DNA of 40,470 nucleotides from Escherichia phage GA2A. Shown piece by piece: positions 1-8,105 of this stretch; within the stretch, counting starts at the first letter, position 1; the number at the start of each line of letters is the position of its first letter. The translations under genes and the position numbers were made by a program. The notes under the pieces are model-generated. The model worked only from the letters and a program-made list of their open reading frames with translations. It did not search any database and was not told where the DNA came from. The stretch is from the sequence record NC_031943.1. The stretch is one strand, 5' to 3'.

Positions 1-165
1 ATCTCACAGTTCAAGAACCTCAAGTCTCCCCATAGGCCCTCTTTCAGTCCAGACCAAAGGCCCTACCCCAGTCTATCATAAGGTTAGACCGATGGTCAAG
101 ACTTCAGGTCAACGATAGGTTGTGGCTATTGGTGGTGGTGGAGACGATAGGTTGGGACTATTGGT
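1..165. repeat. Left direct terminal repeat
   Basis: 1-165 is identical to 40274-40438 at the other end of the window; T7-like genomes carry a terminal redundancy of about this size. Confidence 0.85.
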
Positions 166-200
166 CTGCCTCTGAGTCTCTATCTGTATAACCATAGGTC

Positions 201-264
201 TAACCAACCTACAGTCTAACCAACCTACAGTCTAACCAACCTACAGTCTAACCAACCTACAGTC
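201..264. repeat. Four perfect tandem copies of the 16-bp unit TAACCAACCTACAGTC, with degenerate copies to ~306
   Basis: Read directly; related CCTACAGT motifs recur near the right end (40193-40240). Confidence 0.8.
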
Positions 265-416
265 TAACCATAAGACACCAACACCTACAGTCAGAGACCT
301 ACAGTTAATAGACACACAGCTATAGACTTAAAGTCTAAGACATGTTAGTCAAAGACTATATCCTCTTACACCATGGGGGCCGACGATAGCTTAATCAATA
401 TTATTTAAAATTACCT

Positions 417-446
417 ATTGACTATAGGTCCAGACTGTGGCCTAAT
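417..446 (+). promoter_or_regulatory. Candidate host sigma70 early promoter
   Basis: TTGACT at 417-422 resembles the -35 of T7 A1; the -10 candidates (CCTAAT, TAATAG) are poor. Confidence 0.2.
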
Positions 447-557
447 AGCTTCCGTCAACACGACACGGCAACAACCGGATAGTGAAGACGCCGGGTCGGT
501 CCGGTTAAGTAGTCAGCCTGTAAGACATACGAACAACAGGCAACCGACATAAAGCAG

Positions 558-587
558 TTGACAAGTAGTAACGACTTAAAGTAGTAT
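558..587 (+). promoter_or_regulatory. Candidate host sigma70 early promoter
   Basis: TTGACA at 558-563, 18-nt spacer, TAGTAT at 582-587; correct position and orientation for early transcription. Confidence 0.3.
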
Positions 588-897
588 GATTTACCAAGCA
601 GCAAGACGCTACCAAGGACTGGCAGCAGGTACACTCTAAGCGCCTCACTAAGAGTAAATTGAGAGGTCGGGCTTCACCGAGTGAAGAAGGTCTGGTTGTC
701 GGATACTAAGTCACTACCTATAGCGCGGTGACAGACAAGGTTAGGAACTACCTAATACCTCGGAGGTTGACGACCTCAACGCTCTTTAACAATCTGGATA
801 AACTCTTAATGTGCGCCGATAGCGACTAACTACAGGGTCTTTGAGTCTACATCTGAAGGCCCTGACTGATAGTCACTAACTTAAATAGGGTAACATT

Positions 898-1074
898 ATG
901 AAAATCATAGCGATGAACGAAGAACTGGGCGTAATCTGGTACACGGCTACCGACTATAAATATCGCACTAAGCATGTGATAATCTACGGATTGACTAAGA
1001 CTGAGCACCAGAGCCGCAAGCAAGCGCAGGACGAGTTCAATAAGTGCCTGGACCATGCGTTCAACTGCCGGTGA
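898..1074 (+). CDS. Hypothetical early protein, 58 aa (first early ORF)
   Basis: ATG at 898 to TGA at 1072-1074; below the 60-aa track cutoff; preceded by conserved 22-bp leader repeat 860-881; no recognisable homolog. Confidence 0.35.
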   Translation: MKIIAMNEELGVIWYTATDYKYRTKHVIIYGLTKTEHQSRKQAQDEFNKCLDHAFNCR

Positions 1075-1137
1075 TTAACTACAGGTCGTTAACTCATAGC
1101 GGCCTGACTGATAGTCACTAACTATAGGATAAACAAG

Positions 1138-1662
1138 ATGAAACTGATAGGTAAAGGCGCGTTCACTAAATGCTACCTGAAGGATTGCGGGAGGCGTGTA
1201 ATTCTGGTCTCTTCTGACCCGATAAAAGAGTGTATGGCGTGGGGATGGTTCCCTGAGTCTCCACTGTTCCCTGAAGTCAAGATGATTGAGGTTGGCACGT
1301 ATGAGATGGACTACATGCCACCAACACGGGGTCTCAAGGCGCATTTAGATGATGACCAGTGGCAGCTCTATCAGGTGCTGCGTGATTGCTTCGCATGGTC
1401 TCCGGTATTCTCTCGACCTGATGACCTGTATCACAAGTGGTACGAGATATTCCAAGCTGCACACGACAGGTCCGAGACTGAGACTGTGCGGGAAGGTCTG
1501 ATGGATGTGCTGATGGCTCTGGATGCTTGCGCTAACTTCGGGTCTGATATTCAGTTTGAGATAAGCCCGCGCAATGTACGGGCAGTGAATGGTAAGCTGA
1601 TACTAGTGGATTGCTTCTTCCTTGTGTCCAAGCTGCAAGAGGTGAGGTCATCAAGATGGTAA
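1138..1662 (+). CDS. Protein kinase-like early protein, short gp0.7-like kinase domain only
   Basis: 174-aa ORF; N-terminal GKGAFTKCY resembles the Gly-rich loop GNGHFSAAY of T7 gp0.7; C-terminal SPRNVRAVNGKLILVDCFF resembles its catalytic segment; lacks the C-terminal shut-off domain. Confidence 0.5.
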   Translation: MKLIGKGAFTKCYLKDCGRRVILVSSDPIKECMAWGWFPESPLFPEVKMIEVGTYEMDYMPPTRGLKAHLDDDQWQLYQVLRDCFAWSPVFSRPDDLYHKWYEIFQAAHDRSETETVREGLMDVLMALDACANFGSDIQFEISPRNVRAVNGKLILVDCFFLVSKLQEVRSSRW

Positions 1663-1811
1663 CTTATGGTCTCTGCAAGCACTACGTCACCAACGCCCGG
1701 ATTATGGTCAAGACCGGGCAGATAAACCACGATGAGGCTATGCGTCTCCTGAAAGCGATCTATAAAGGCCGCAAGCGCATACACGACAGCTTACACTCTG
1801 AGGACAAGTAA
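1656..1811 (+). CDS. Hypothetical small early protein, 51 aa
   Basis: Internal ATG of track ORF 1611-1811 with RBS GAGGTGAGG upstream; start overlaps stop of previous gene (ATGGTAA). Confidence 0.3.
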   Translation: MVTYGLCKHYVTNARIMVKTGQINHDEAMRLLKAIYKGRKRIHDSLHSEDK

Positions 1812-1813
1812 AC

Positions 1814-1939
1814 ATGTACCAGATAACTTATAGCAGTGAACAGGCGTTCTACGATGGGTGCTACGAGATGATGAAGCGCGGTGCTTGCTACGTGGCTAAT
1901 CACCATAGCCTGACCATAACTTTGACGGGCGGATACTAA
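1814..1939 (+). CDS. Hypothetical small early protein, 41 aa
   Basis: ATG at 1814 directly after previous stop; TAA at 1937-1939; weak RBS. Confidence 0.2.
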   Translation: MYQITYSSEQAFYDGCYEMMKRGACYVANHHSLTITLTGGY

Positions 1940-2015
1940 CTGCGAGTGATAGACGAGAGGCCATCGACTGATAGGTGGCCTCAAAGATTACCACTTAAAT
2001 TGATAGGAGTTAACT

Positions 2016-2105
2016 ATGAGTGTGGGATATTGGGTTTGCCTAGCACCGGTTATCTTGATGATAGGCTATGGGATATATGACTGTATTAAACGGAAATCAC
2101 TATGA
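2016..2105 (+). CDS. Hypothetical small hydrophobic protein, 29 aa
   Basis: RBS AGGAG 7 nt upstream of ATG; hydrophobic core VCLAPVILMIGYGIY resembles the next ORF. Confidence 0.25.
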   Translation: MSVGYWVCLAPVILMIGYGIYDCIKRKSL

Positions 2106-2299
2106 GTCTTGCACTATTGATAGCCATAGGCTATGGACTTATCGCATACGTGCTGGTGATAGACATCAACAAAGCGCGTAAAGTCTACAAATTCAACTAT
2201 GTACGTCTGGGCCGCTGGACTGTACGTCAACCTAACGGACGATTCATGCGCAACTTAGCGAACGTCTGGGATATAGCAACACTTGGGAGCAAAATGTAA
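2102..2299 (+). CDS. Hypothetical small membrane protein, 65 aa
   Basis: Track ORF; N-terminal hydrophobic segment LALLIAIGYGLIAYVLVI; start overlaps previous stop. Confidence 0.4.
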   Translation: MSLALLIAIGYGLIAYVLVIDINKARKVYKFNYVRLGRWTVRQPNGRFMRNLANVWDIATLGSKM

Positions 2300-2625
2300 T
2301 GAACAAGTCTTACGGGATTAATCTGGTACACTCTATGGCCGCAGAAATGAACATGTTAAGCCTACTGGCTACAGGGTATCGCCACGGAACGTCCTCACAC
2401 ACCGAACGTCAACAGCAGGAGCGAGATCGTGTACTTCAGGCAAGACTCCGGGCCGAGGGCCATAAGTCCGAGCTAATGTGTCTGGCGTATGGTGGACAAC
2501 CAATCACTGACGATGGGAAACTTTTGGTCTCAGGCTGGAAGGCGATAGACCAACGGTCAGCCATCAAGCACACGACTCATGGTGACTTCAGTCATCTTCA
2601 CGCTAACCCACTGATATGCAAGTGA
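2299..2625 (+). CDS. Hypothetical early protein, 108 aa
   Basis: Track ORF; ATG overlaps previous stop (ATGTAATGA); immediately upstream of the RNAP gene. Confidence 0.45.
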   Translation: MNKSYGINLVHSMAAEMNMLSLLATGYRHGTSSHTERQQQERDRVLQARLRAEGHKSELMCLAYGGQPITDDGKLLVSGWKAIDQRSAIKHTTHGDFSHLHANPLICK

Positions 2626-2632
2626 TTCTGAC

Positions 2633-2655
2633 TTAACTATCACTATAGGACTCTG
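2633..2655 (+). promoter_or_regulatory. Phage-RNAP-type promoter upstream of the RNAP gene
   Basis: TTAACTATCACTATAGGA at 2633-2650 matches the consensus shared by 10 other sites in this window. Confidence 0.6.
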
Positions 2656-2722
2656 GGTCTAAGACTACAAGTGAAAGACCAAAGAGACTTTAAGTGAAAG
2701 ACTAATAACAAGGACTTTAAGT

Positions 2723-5404
2723 ATGAGCGTCATCTCTATTGACAAACATGACTTCTCTGATGTGTCGAACGCTATTGAGCCGTTTAACCTGCTGGCAGAC
2801 CACTACGGGCAAGACCTTGCAGTCAAACAACTTCAGCTTGAGCATGAGGCATACACTGAAGGCGAGCGACGTTTCATCAAGAACCTTGAGCGTCAGACTG
2901 AGCGCGGGGAACTGGCAGACAATCAGGTAGCTAAGCCTCTTATGCAGACTCTGGTCCCTAAGATTGCGCAAGCTGTCAAGGAGTGGCATGAAGGTCCAGA
3001 CGGGAAGCTGTCAACCTCTCGTCCGAGCGTAGCGTTCACCATGTTGAGCACTGAAGAGAAGGCCGTCAAGGACCGCTCTCTGCGCATCTCCTGTGAGTCT
3101 GCTGCGGTTATTATACTGAAGGTCATCCTCTCCAAGCTGGTCAAGCCTGAAGGGATACCGATTACACCAATGGCCTCCGCGATAGGGCGCACACTTGAGG
3201 ATGAAATCCGCTTCGGTCGCATCCGTGACAAGGAGCAGGAGCACTTCAAGAAGGCAATAGCTGAGAACCTGAACAAGCGGGCTGGGGCATCCTACAAGAA
3301 AGCCTACATGCAAGCGGTTGAGACCTCCATGCTGGAGCAAGGCCAGCTTGAAGATGCGTGGGGAACTTGGAGTCCGACCGAGGCTGTCCACGTTGGAATC
3401 AAGATGCTTGAGATTGTCATCCAGTCAACGCAACTGGTCGAGCTTAAGCGCTACGGTGCTGGCAATGCAGCGACTGACGTCGAGATGGTCCACCTGTCAG
3501 ACTTCTGGGTCAAGAAGATGGCACAACGAGGATTCAGCCTTGCGGGTATCGCTCCAGTCTACCAACCTTGCGTCGTGCCACCTAAGCCGTGGACTGGTGT
3601 AGTAGGCGGTGGGTACTGGGCCAAAGGTCGCAGACCGTTGCCATTGATTCGCTTAGGGTCTAAGTCTGCGGTGGCACGTTATGAAGATGTGTACATGCCT
3701 GAAGTATACGACGCTGTTAACATCATCCAGAATACACCTTGGAAAGTTAACAAGAAGGTGCTGGACGTGGTGAATATGGTCGAGAAGCTGAATAACACGC
3801 CTATTGACGACATCCCTCAGATGGAACCACTGAAGCCTGAAGACTATGCGGGAGAGACTGAAGAGGAACTCAAGGCATGGAAGAAAGCTGCTGCTGGTAT
3901 CTATCGCCGCGAGAAGGCCAGACAGTCACGCAGGTTGTCACTGAGCTTTATCGTTAACCAAGCGAACAAGTTCTCTCAGTTCAAGGCCATATGGTTCCCG
4001 TATAACATGGATTGGCGAGGCCGTGTCTACGCTGTCCCTATGTTCAACCCTCAAGGTAACGACATGCAGAAGGGTCTCCTGACTCTGGCAGTCGGCAAGC
4101 CTATTGGTGCTGACGGTTTTAAATGGCTGAAGGTCCACGGTGCAAACTGTGCGGGTGTTGATAAAGTCACCTTCGAGGAGCGCATCAAGTGGGTGGAAGA
4201 CAACCACGACAACATCATGACTGCTGCTAAGGCACCGATGGATAGCATTGAGTGGTGGGGCAAGTTAGACTCTCCGTTCTGCTTCCTAGCGTTCTGCTTC
4301 GAGTATGCTGGCGTAATGCACCACGGACTGTCCTACAACTGCTCGCTACCGATAGCGTTCGATGGGTCCTGCTCTGGTATTCAGCACTTCAGCGCGATGC
4401 TTCGTGACCACATCGGTGGACATGCAGTAAACCTGACGCCATCCGGTAAGGTACAGGACATCTACCGCATCGTATCTGACCGCATTGAGGAGGAGCTTAA
4501 AGTCCTGCTGATTAACGGTACGGACAACGAGATGGTAACGCACGAGGACAAGAAAACTGGTGAGATTACCGAGCGTCTCAAGCTGGGGACAAGAGAGCTG
4601 GCCCGTCAGTGGCTGACCTACGGTATGTCACGCAAGGTAACTAAGCGTTCGGTCATGACTCTGGCCTATGGGTCGAAAGAGTATGGCTTCGCAGACCAAG
4701 TTTACGAGGACATCGTGATGCCAGCGATTGACTCAGGGTCTGGCGCTATGTTCACTGAACCAAGCCAGGCGTCTCGCTTCATGGCTAAGATGATTTGGGA
4801 AGCAGTGAGTGTGACCGTAGTTGCTGCGGTTGACGCGATGAAGTGGCTTCAAGGTGCTGCCAAGCTGCTGGCTGCTGAAGTGAAGGACAAGAAGACTGGA
4901 GAAATCCTGAAGCCTTGCCTTCCAGTGCACTGGGTCACACCTGATGGTTTCCCTGTCTGGCAGGAATACCGCAAGAAGGATACCACTCGTCTTAACCTGA
5001 TGTTCTTAGGGTCGTTCAACCTTCAACCTACGGTCAACAAAGGGTCGAAGAAAGAGCTGGATAAGCACAAGCAGGAGTCCGGTATCAGCCCTAACTTTGT
5101 ACACTCACAGGACGGCAGTCACCTGAGGAAGACTGTGGTCCACACCCACAGCAAGTATGGCGTGATGTCCTTCGCGGTGATTCACGATAGCTTTGGGACT
5201 ATCCCTGCTGACGCTGAGTTCCTGTTCAAGGGTGTCCGTGAGACGATGGTCGAGACCTACCGCGACAACGATGTGCTGCAAGACTTCTACGAGCAGTTCG
5301 CGGACCAGCTTCACGAGACCCAGCGCGACAAGTTGCCTGAGTTACCGAAGCGCGGTAAACTGAACATCGAAGACATTCTGTCATCTGACTTTGCATTCGC
5401 CTAA
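2723..5404 (+). CDS. 1: T7-like single-subunit DNA-dependent RNA polymerase
   Basis: 893 aa versus 883 aa for T7 RNAP; C-terminus SSDFAFA matches the T7 RNAP C-terminal FAFA; conserved polymerase-core segments in the middle. Confidence 0.97.
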   Translation: MSVISIDKHDFSDVSNAIEPFNLLADHYGQDLAVKQLQLEHEAYTEGERRFIKNLERQTERGELADNQVAKPLMQTLVPKIAQAVKEWHEGPDGKLSTSRPSVAFTMLSTEEKAVKDRSLRISCESAAVIILKVILSKLVKPEGIPITPMASAIGRTLEDEIRFGRIRDKEQEHFKKAIAENLNKRAGASYKKAYMQAVETSMLEQGQLEDAWGTWSPTEAVHVGIKMLEIVIQSTQLVELKRYGAGNAATDVEMVHLSDFWVKKMAQRGFSLAGIAPVYQPCVVPPKPWTGVVGGGYWAKGRRPLPLIRLGSKSAVARYEDVYMPEVYDAVNIIQNTPWKVNKKVLDVVNMVEKLNNTPIDDIPQMEPLKPEDYAGETEEELKAWKKAAAGIYRREKARQSRRLSLSFIVNQANKFSQFKAIWFPYNMDWRGRVYAVPMFNPQGNDMQKGLLTLAVGKPIGADGFKWLKVHGANCAGVDKVTFEERIKWVEDNHDNIMTAAKAPMDSIEWWGKLDSPFCFLAFCFEYAGVMHHGLSYNCSLPIAFDGSCSGIQHFSAMLRDHIGGHAVNLTPSGKVQDIYRIVSDRIEEELKVLLINGTDNEMVTHEDKKTGEITERLKLGTRELARQWLTYGMSRKVTKRSVMTLAYGSKEYGFADQVYEDIVMPAIDSGSGAMFTEPSQASRFMAKMIWEAVSVTVVAAVDAMKWLQGAAKLLAAEVKDKKTGEILKPCLPVHWVTPDGFPVWQEYRKKDTTRLNLMFLGSFNLQPTVNKGSKKELDKHKQESGISPNFVHSQDGSHLRKTVVHTHSKYGVMSFAVIHDSFGTIPADAEFLFKGVRETMVETYRDNDVLQDFYEQFADQLHETQRDKLPELPKRGKLNIEDILSSDFAFA

Positions 5405-5416
5405 GGAGGCAACCTA

Positions 5417-5617
5417 ATGAAATTCGCACACAAAATCACTAACGTAGAAGGTGGTAATAAGCTGGTAACTGTGACCGAGAACAACGGTAAGGCGCTGGTC
5501 AAGATGACAATGATTCCAGCCGGGACAGCAAAGCGCGTGGGTCTCACCCAGAAGGAGCTGGTCCAGAACGTCCAGTGGTCCCACGAGAAGTCACTCGAAG
5601 CCGAGGCAGCAAAATGA
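5417..5617 (+). CDS. Hypothetical protein, 66 aa
   Basis: Track ORF with strong RBS AAGGAGG before the ATG. Confidence 0.5.
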   Translation: MKFAHKITNVEGGNKLVTVTENNGKALVKMTMIPAGTAKRVGLTQKELVQNVQWSHEKSLEAEAAK

Positions 5618-5691
5618 CAGACCTGAAGTGGCTGGCCTTATGGCTGGCTTTCCTAGCGGTGTATACCTTAATCCAACGCAGAAGAGGTTAA
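5614..5691 (+). CDS. Hypothetical small hydrophobic peptide, 25 aa
   Basis: ATG overlaps previous stop (ATGA); sequence MTDLKWLALWLAFLAVYTLIQRRRG. Confidence 0.2.
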   Translation: MTDLKWLALWLAFLAVYTLIQRRRG

Positions 5692-5695
5692 CCCT

Positions 5696-6169
5696 ATGTT
5701 CTTTAACTCCGCACTGAAAGCACGCATCGCAGAACTTGAACTCCACCTGAAGAACAGCGAGGAGCTGAACAACCATAAGTCAGCGACCATTGATAGCCTA
5801 CGGGCTGAGAAGACCAAGCTGGTGGACCGAGTGTCCTACCTTCAAGGCAAGAAAGCGCCAATCAAGGTTAAGCGGATGGTCGGACTGAAGTTCCGGGCGC
5901 TGTTAAACGGCCTCTATCAGCCTACCGAGTTCAAGACCGGGCCGGGCAACTGTGGGAAGAACGTTAAGCACTTCACTGTAACAAAGACCGACCGCACCCT
6001 GACCATCCACCAGCACCACGTTGACGACTCTCAGAAAGACTTCGAGTACCGACTGAGTGACATCGACGGTCGCATCCAGTATGACTATGAGATGGTGCAG
6101 GTTTACGGTGAGGAGGCAGAACAAGAGCGAGCACTTCAGGCGATGATTAGAAGACCACGCTTTGCCTAA
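5696..6169 (+). CDS. Hypothetical protein, 157 aa, N-terminal coiled-coil-like
   Basis: Track ORF; RBS AGAGG; its stop TAA is the first three bases of the next phage promoter; lies where T7 has its replication origin. Confidence 0.55.
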   Translation: MFFNSALKARIAELELHLKNSEELNNHKSATIDSLRAEKTKLVDRVSYLQGKKAPIKVKRMVGLKFRALLNGLYQPTEFKTGPGNCGKNVKHFTVTKTDRTLTIHQHHVDDSQKDFEYRLSDIDGRIQYDYEMVQVYGEEAEQERALQAMIRRPRFA

Positions 6170-6189
6170 ACTATCACTATAGGATTAGA
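6167..6189 (+). promoter_or_regulatory. Phage promoter (phi1.1 position)
   Basis: TAAACTATCACTATAGGA. Confidence 0.8.
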
Positions 6190-6228
6190 CTCAAGGTCAT
6201 GACTCAAAGTCGTGGCCTTCATGATTAA
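6186..6228 (+). promoter_or_regulatory. Conserved hairpin element, probable RNase III processing site (R1.1 position)
   Basis: TAGACTCAAGGTCAT...GTGGCCTTCATGATTA; one of three copies (also 13136-13186 and 37256-37298) at positions matching T7 R1.1, R3.8 and R18.5. Confidence 0.55.
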
Positions 6229-6253
6229 CCCTAAACTCAATCAGGAGCTACAC

Positions 6254-6433
6254 ATGTATCAGAACACCGTAAACTTCGAGCGCATCCGTGAACGTCAGCA
6301 GACTGAAGGATACATGCCGAAGGGCCGCAAGCTGAACAAGACTAAACGTGGCGGTGGCGTGAAGGGTGCTTTCCGTAACGCTGAGGGTAAAGACTCTCTG
6401 GTCAACCAAGAGAAGTATTTCGTAGGAGCGTAA
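6254..6433 (+). CDS. 1.1: gp1.1-like small basic protein
   Basis: KGRKLNKTKR matches T7 gp1.1; start taken at the ATG with RBS AGGAG rather than the track start 6212, which lies inside the hairpin element. Confidence 0.7.
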   Translation: MYQNTVNFERIRERQQTEGYMPKGRKLNKTKRGGGVKGAFRNAEGKDSLVNQEKYFVGA

Positions 6434-6436
6434 GAC

Positions 6437-6724
6437 ATGGGCATGTTCTCAAGAGCACATAGTGGAAACCTGAACACCCTGCGTAAGGCCATCCACAACT
6501 GGCAGTCCGAGACCGACTATAACGCAGTGGTCAGCACTTGGTTTGACCCGGTGATGAACAGGCAATGCGTCAGGGCGGGTATAGTCCACATTCATACACG
6601 AGAGGTCCTCATTGAGAAGGACTTCACGGAGTACCCGAATATCCACGACGAAGATGTGCAGACCGTAGCGGTTGCCACTTGGTTTAACAAACAGTTCAAC
6701 GACTACACTGGTAGATTCCTTTAA
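6437..6724 (+). CDS. 1.2: gp1.2-like protein (T7 gp1.2 is an inhibitor of host dGTPase)
   Basis: 95 aa; N-terminal MG....SGNL resembles T7 gp1.2 MGRLYSGNL; conserved position. Confidence 0.7.
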   Translation: MGMFSRAHSGNLNTLRKAIHNWQSETDYNAVVSTWFDPVMNRQCVRAGIVHIHTREVLIEKDFTEYPNIHDEDVQTVAVATWFNKQFNDYTGRFL

Positions 6725-6741
6725 TTCTGGAGACATTAACG

Positions 6742-7821
6742 ATGACAACTATCAAGACCAACCCTCACCTCGCTGTAGATTACTCTGAGTCTGGCGTTAA
6801 GAAGGCACTAGAAGCAGCCGGGTCTCTGGAAGCTGAAGTGAAGTATGACGGTGTGCGGTTGAATATTCCGGTCTTCCCTGATGGGCGAACTGAATGGTTA
6901 AGCCGTGAGTCAAAGACGCTTCCGGCCTTAGACCATTTGTCAACAGTTGGTCAGGACATCGGAGCTTGCCGTGCGTCCGACTGGCGATGGTTCCTGAAGC
7001 AAGCAGGACATGAAGTCTCTGGCCTGATGATTGACGGAGAGGTGATGGTCAAGGGTGTAGACTTCAACACATCCTCAGGTCTTATCCGCACGAAGTGGCT
7101 GAAGCCTGATAACCTCAAGTTCAATGACGTAAAGTTTGACGAGATGCCCCGCAAGTCTACAGGCGCTAAGTCTAAACTTCCGTTCCTGCTAGCACCAGAG
7201 CACATTCAAGTGGTCGTCTACGGGGTCATCGACCTTAACGTCATCAACGACCCGAAAGCTGAAGGTCCTATCCATAGCGTCACACGCCTGAAGGCCGAAG
7301 CTATCGTCCCTCTCCTCCAGAAATACTTCCCGGAAATCGACTGGGTTCTGTCTGAGTCACACACGGTCTATGACCTTGAGTCGCTCAACTCCCTGTACGA
7401 AGAGAAGCGTCTGGAAGGACACGAGGGTCTGGTAGTCAAGGACCCGCTGGGTAAATACAAGCGTGGCAAGAAGTCAGGCATGTGGAAAATGAAACCTGAG
7501 GATACCATTGATGGTATTGTGGTCGGACTGAATTGGGGGACTGAAGGTCTCGCCAACGAAGGGAAGGTCATCGGGTTTGACGTACTGCTTGAGAACGGTA
7601 TGGTCGTAGCTGCAAATAACATTAGCCAGAAGTTGATGGATGAGTTCACAGCTAACGTCATAGAGGCAAGAGACTCCACGGATAAAATACTGCCTTGTGC
7701 CTACTACGAGGGCTGGCAGTGTGAAGTCTCCTACATGGAGATGACACCAGATGGTTCCTTACGTCACCCTAGCTTCAAGTGCTGGCGCGGGACGGAAGAT
7801 AACCCAACGGTGAAATCATGA
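6742..7821 (+). CDS. 1.3: ATP-dependent DNA ligase
   Basis: 359 aa, same as T7 ligase; EVKYDGVR adenylation motif with lysine; long blocks match T7 (LDGEVMVKGVDFNT, EGHEGLVVKDP, KRGKKSGMWKMKPE, PDGSLRHPSF). Confidence 0.96.
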   Translation: MTTIKTNPHLAVDYSESGVKKALEAAGSLEAEVKYDGVRLNIPVFPDGRTEWLSRESKTLPALDHLSTVGQDIGACRASDWRWFLKQAGHEVSGLMIDGEVMVKGVDFNTSSGLIRTKWLKPDNLKFNDVKFDEMPRKSTGAKSKLPFLLAPEHIQVVVYGVIDLNVINDPKAEGPIHSVTRLKAEAIVPLLQKYFPEIDWVLSESHTVYDLESLNSLYEEKRLEGHEGLVVKDPLGKYKRGKKSGMWKMKPEDTIDGIVVGLNWGTEGLANEGKVIGFDVLLENGMVVAANNISQKLMDEFTANVIEARDSTDKILPCAYYEGWQCEVSYMEMTPDGSLRHPSFKCWRGTEDNPTVKS

Positions 7822-7997
7822 GCACGCAACTTTATGTCAACACGGCAAGCGGTCAACTCTACGCCGTAGTAAACGGTGAGCTGTGGTATCGCAAACTCAA
7901 GAAGTGGGCCAAGTCCTACTACGACGAAGAGACAATATCAACCATGAGTCATCGCTACCGAAAGGCTGCTAAGGTGAACAACTTTAAGATGCGTTAA
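7818..7997 (+). CDS. Hypothetical small protein, 59 aa
   Basis: ATG overlaps ligase stop (TCATGA); ends just before the early terminator hairpin; below track cutoff. Confidence 0.35.
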   Translation: MSTQLYVNTASGQLYAVVNGELWYRKLKKWAKSYYDEETISTMSHRYRKAAKVNNFKMR

Positions 7998-8002
7998 TGT
8001 CA

Positions 8003-8038
8003 ACCCAGTGGCCTTCGCGGACTGCTGGGTTTCTTTGC
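8003..8038 (+). terminator. Early host-RNAP terminator, TE-like
   Basis: Imperfect hairpin CCCAGTGGCC...ACTGCTGGG followed by TTTCTTTG, directly after ligase as for T7 TE. Confidence 0.5.
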
Positions 8039-8060
8039 GTCTGGGCCACCAGCTCGACCC

Positions 8061-8083
8061 TAAGCTATCACTATAGGACAACC
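8061..8083 (+). promoter_or_regulatory. Phage promoter
   Basis: TAAGCTATCACTATAGGA. Confidence 0.75.
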
Positions 8084-8105
8084 ATCAACAACCTAAGGAG
8101 ACTCT

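Noticed and set aside
201-306. Left-end tandem repeats as a possible CRISPR array
   Set aside because: The 16-bp units are directly abutting with no spacers and there are no cas genes. They match the position of T7-type terminal-adjacent short repeats.
1094-1130. Possible phage promoter AGTCACTAACTATAGGAT before the kinase-like gene
   Set aside because: It has a 4-nt insertion relative to the ACTATCACTATAGG core shared by the 11 good promoters and lacks the upstream TAAACT. More likely a host promoter or processing element, reported as a repeat finding instead.
1957-1982. Perfect 7-bp hairpin GAGGCCA-N12-TGGCCTC in the early region as a terminator
   Set aside because: No downstream U-run, and early genes continue beyond it. 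It may be an RNA processing or stability structure but I cannot assign a function.
6212-6253. Track ORF starts at 6212, 13160 and 37283, all reading M-A/T-F-M-I
   Set aside because: These ATGs lie inside the conserved hairpin element (..CCTTYATGATTA), with no RBS. The homologous proteins start at downstream ATGs with good RBSs (6254, 13196, 37352).
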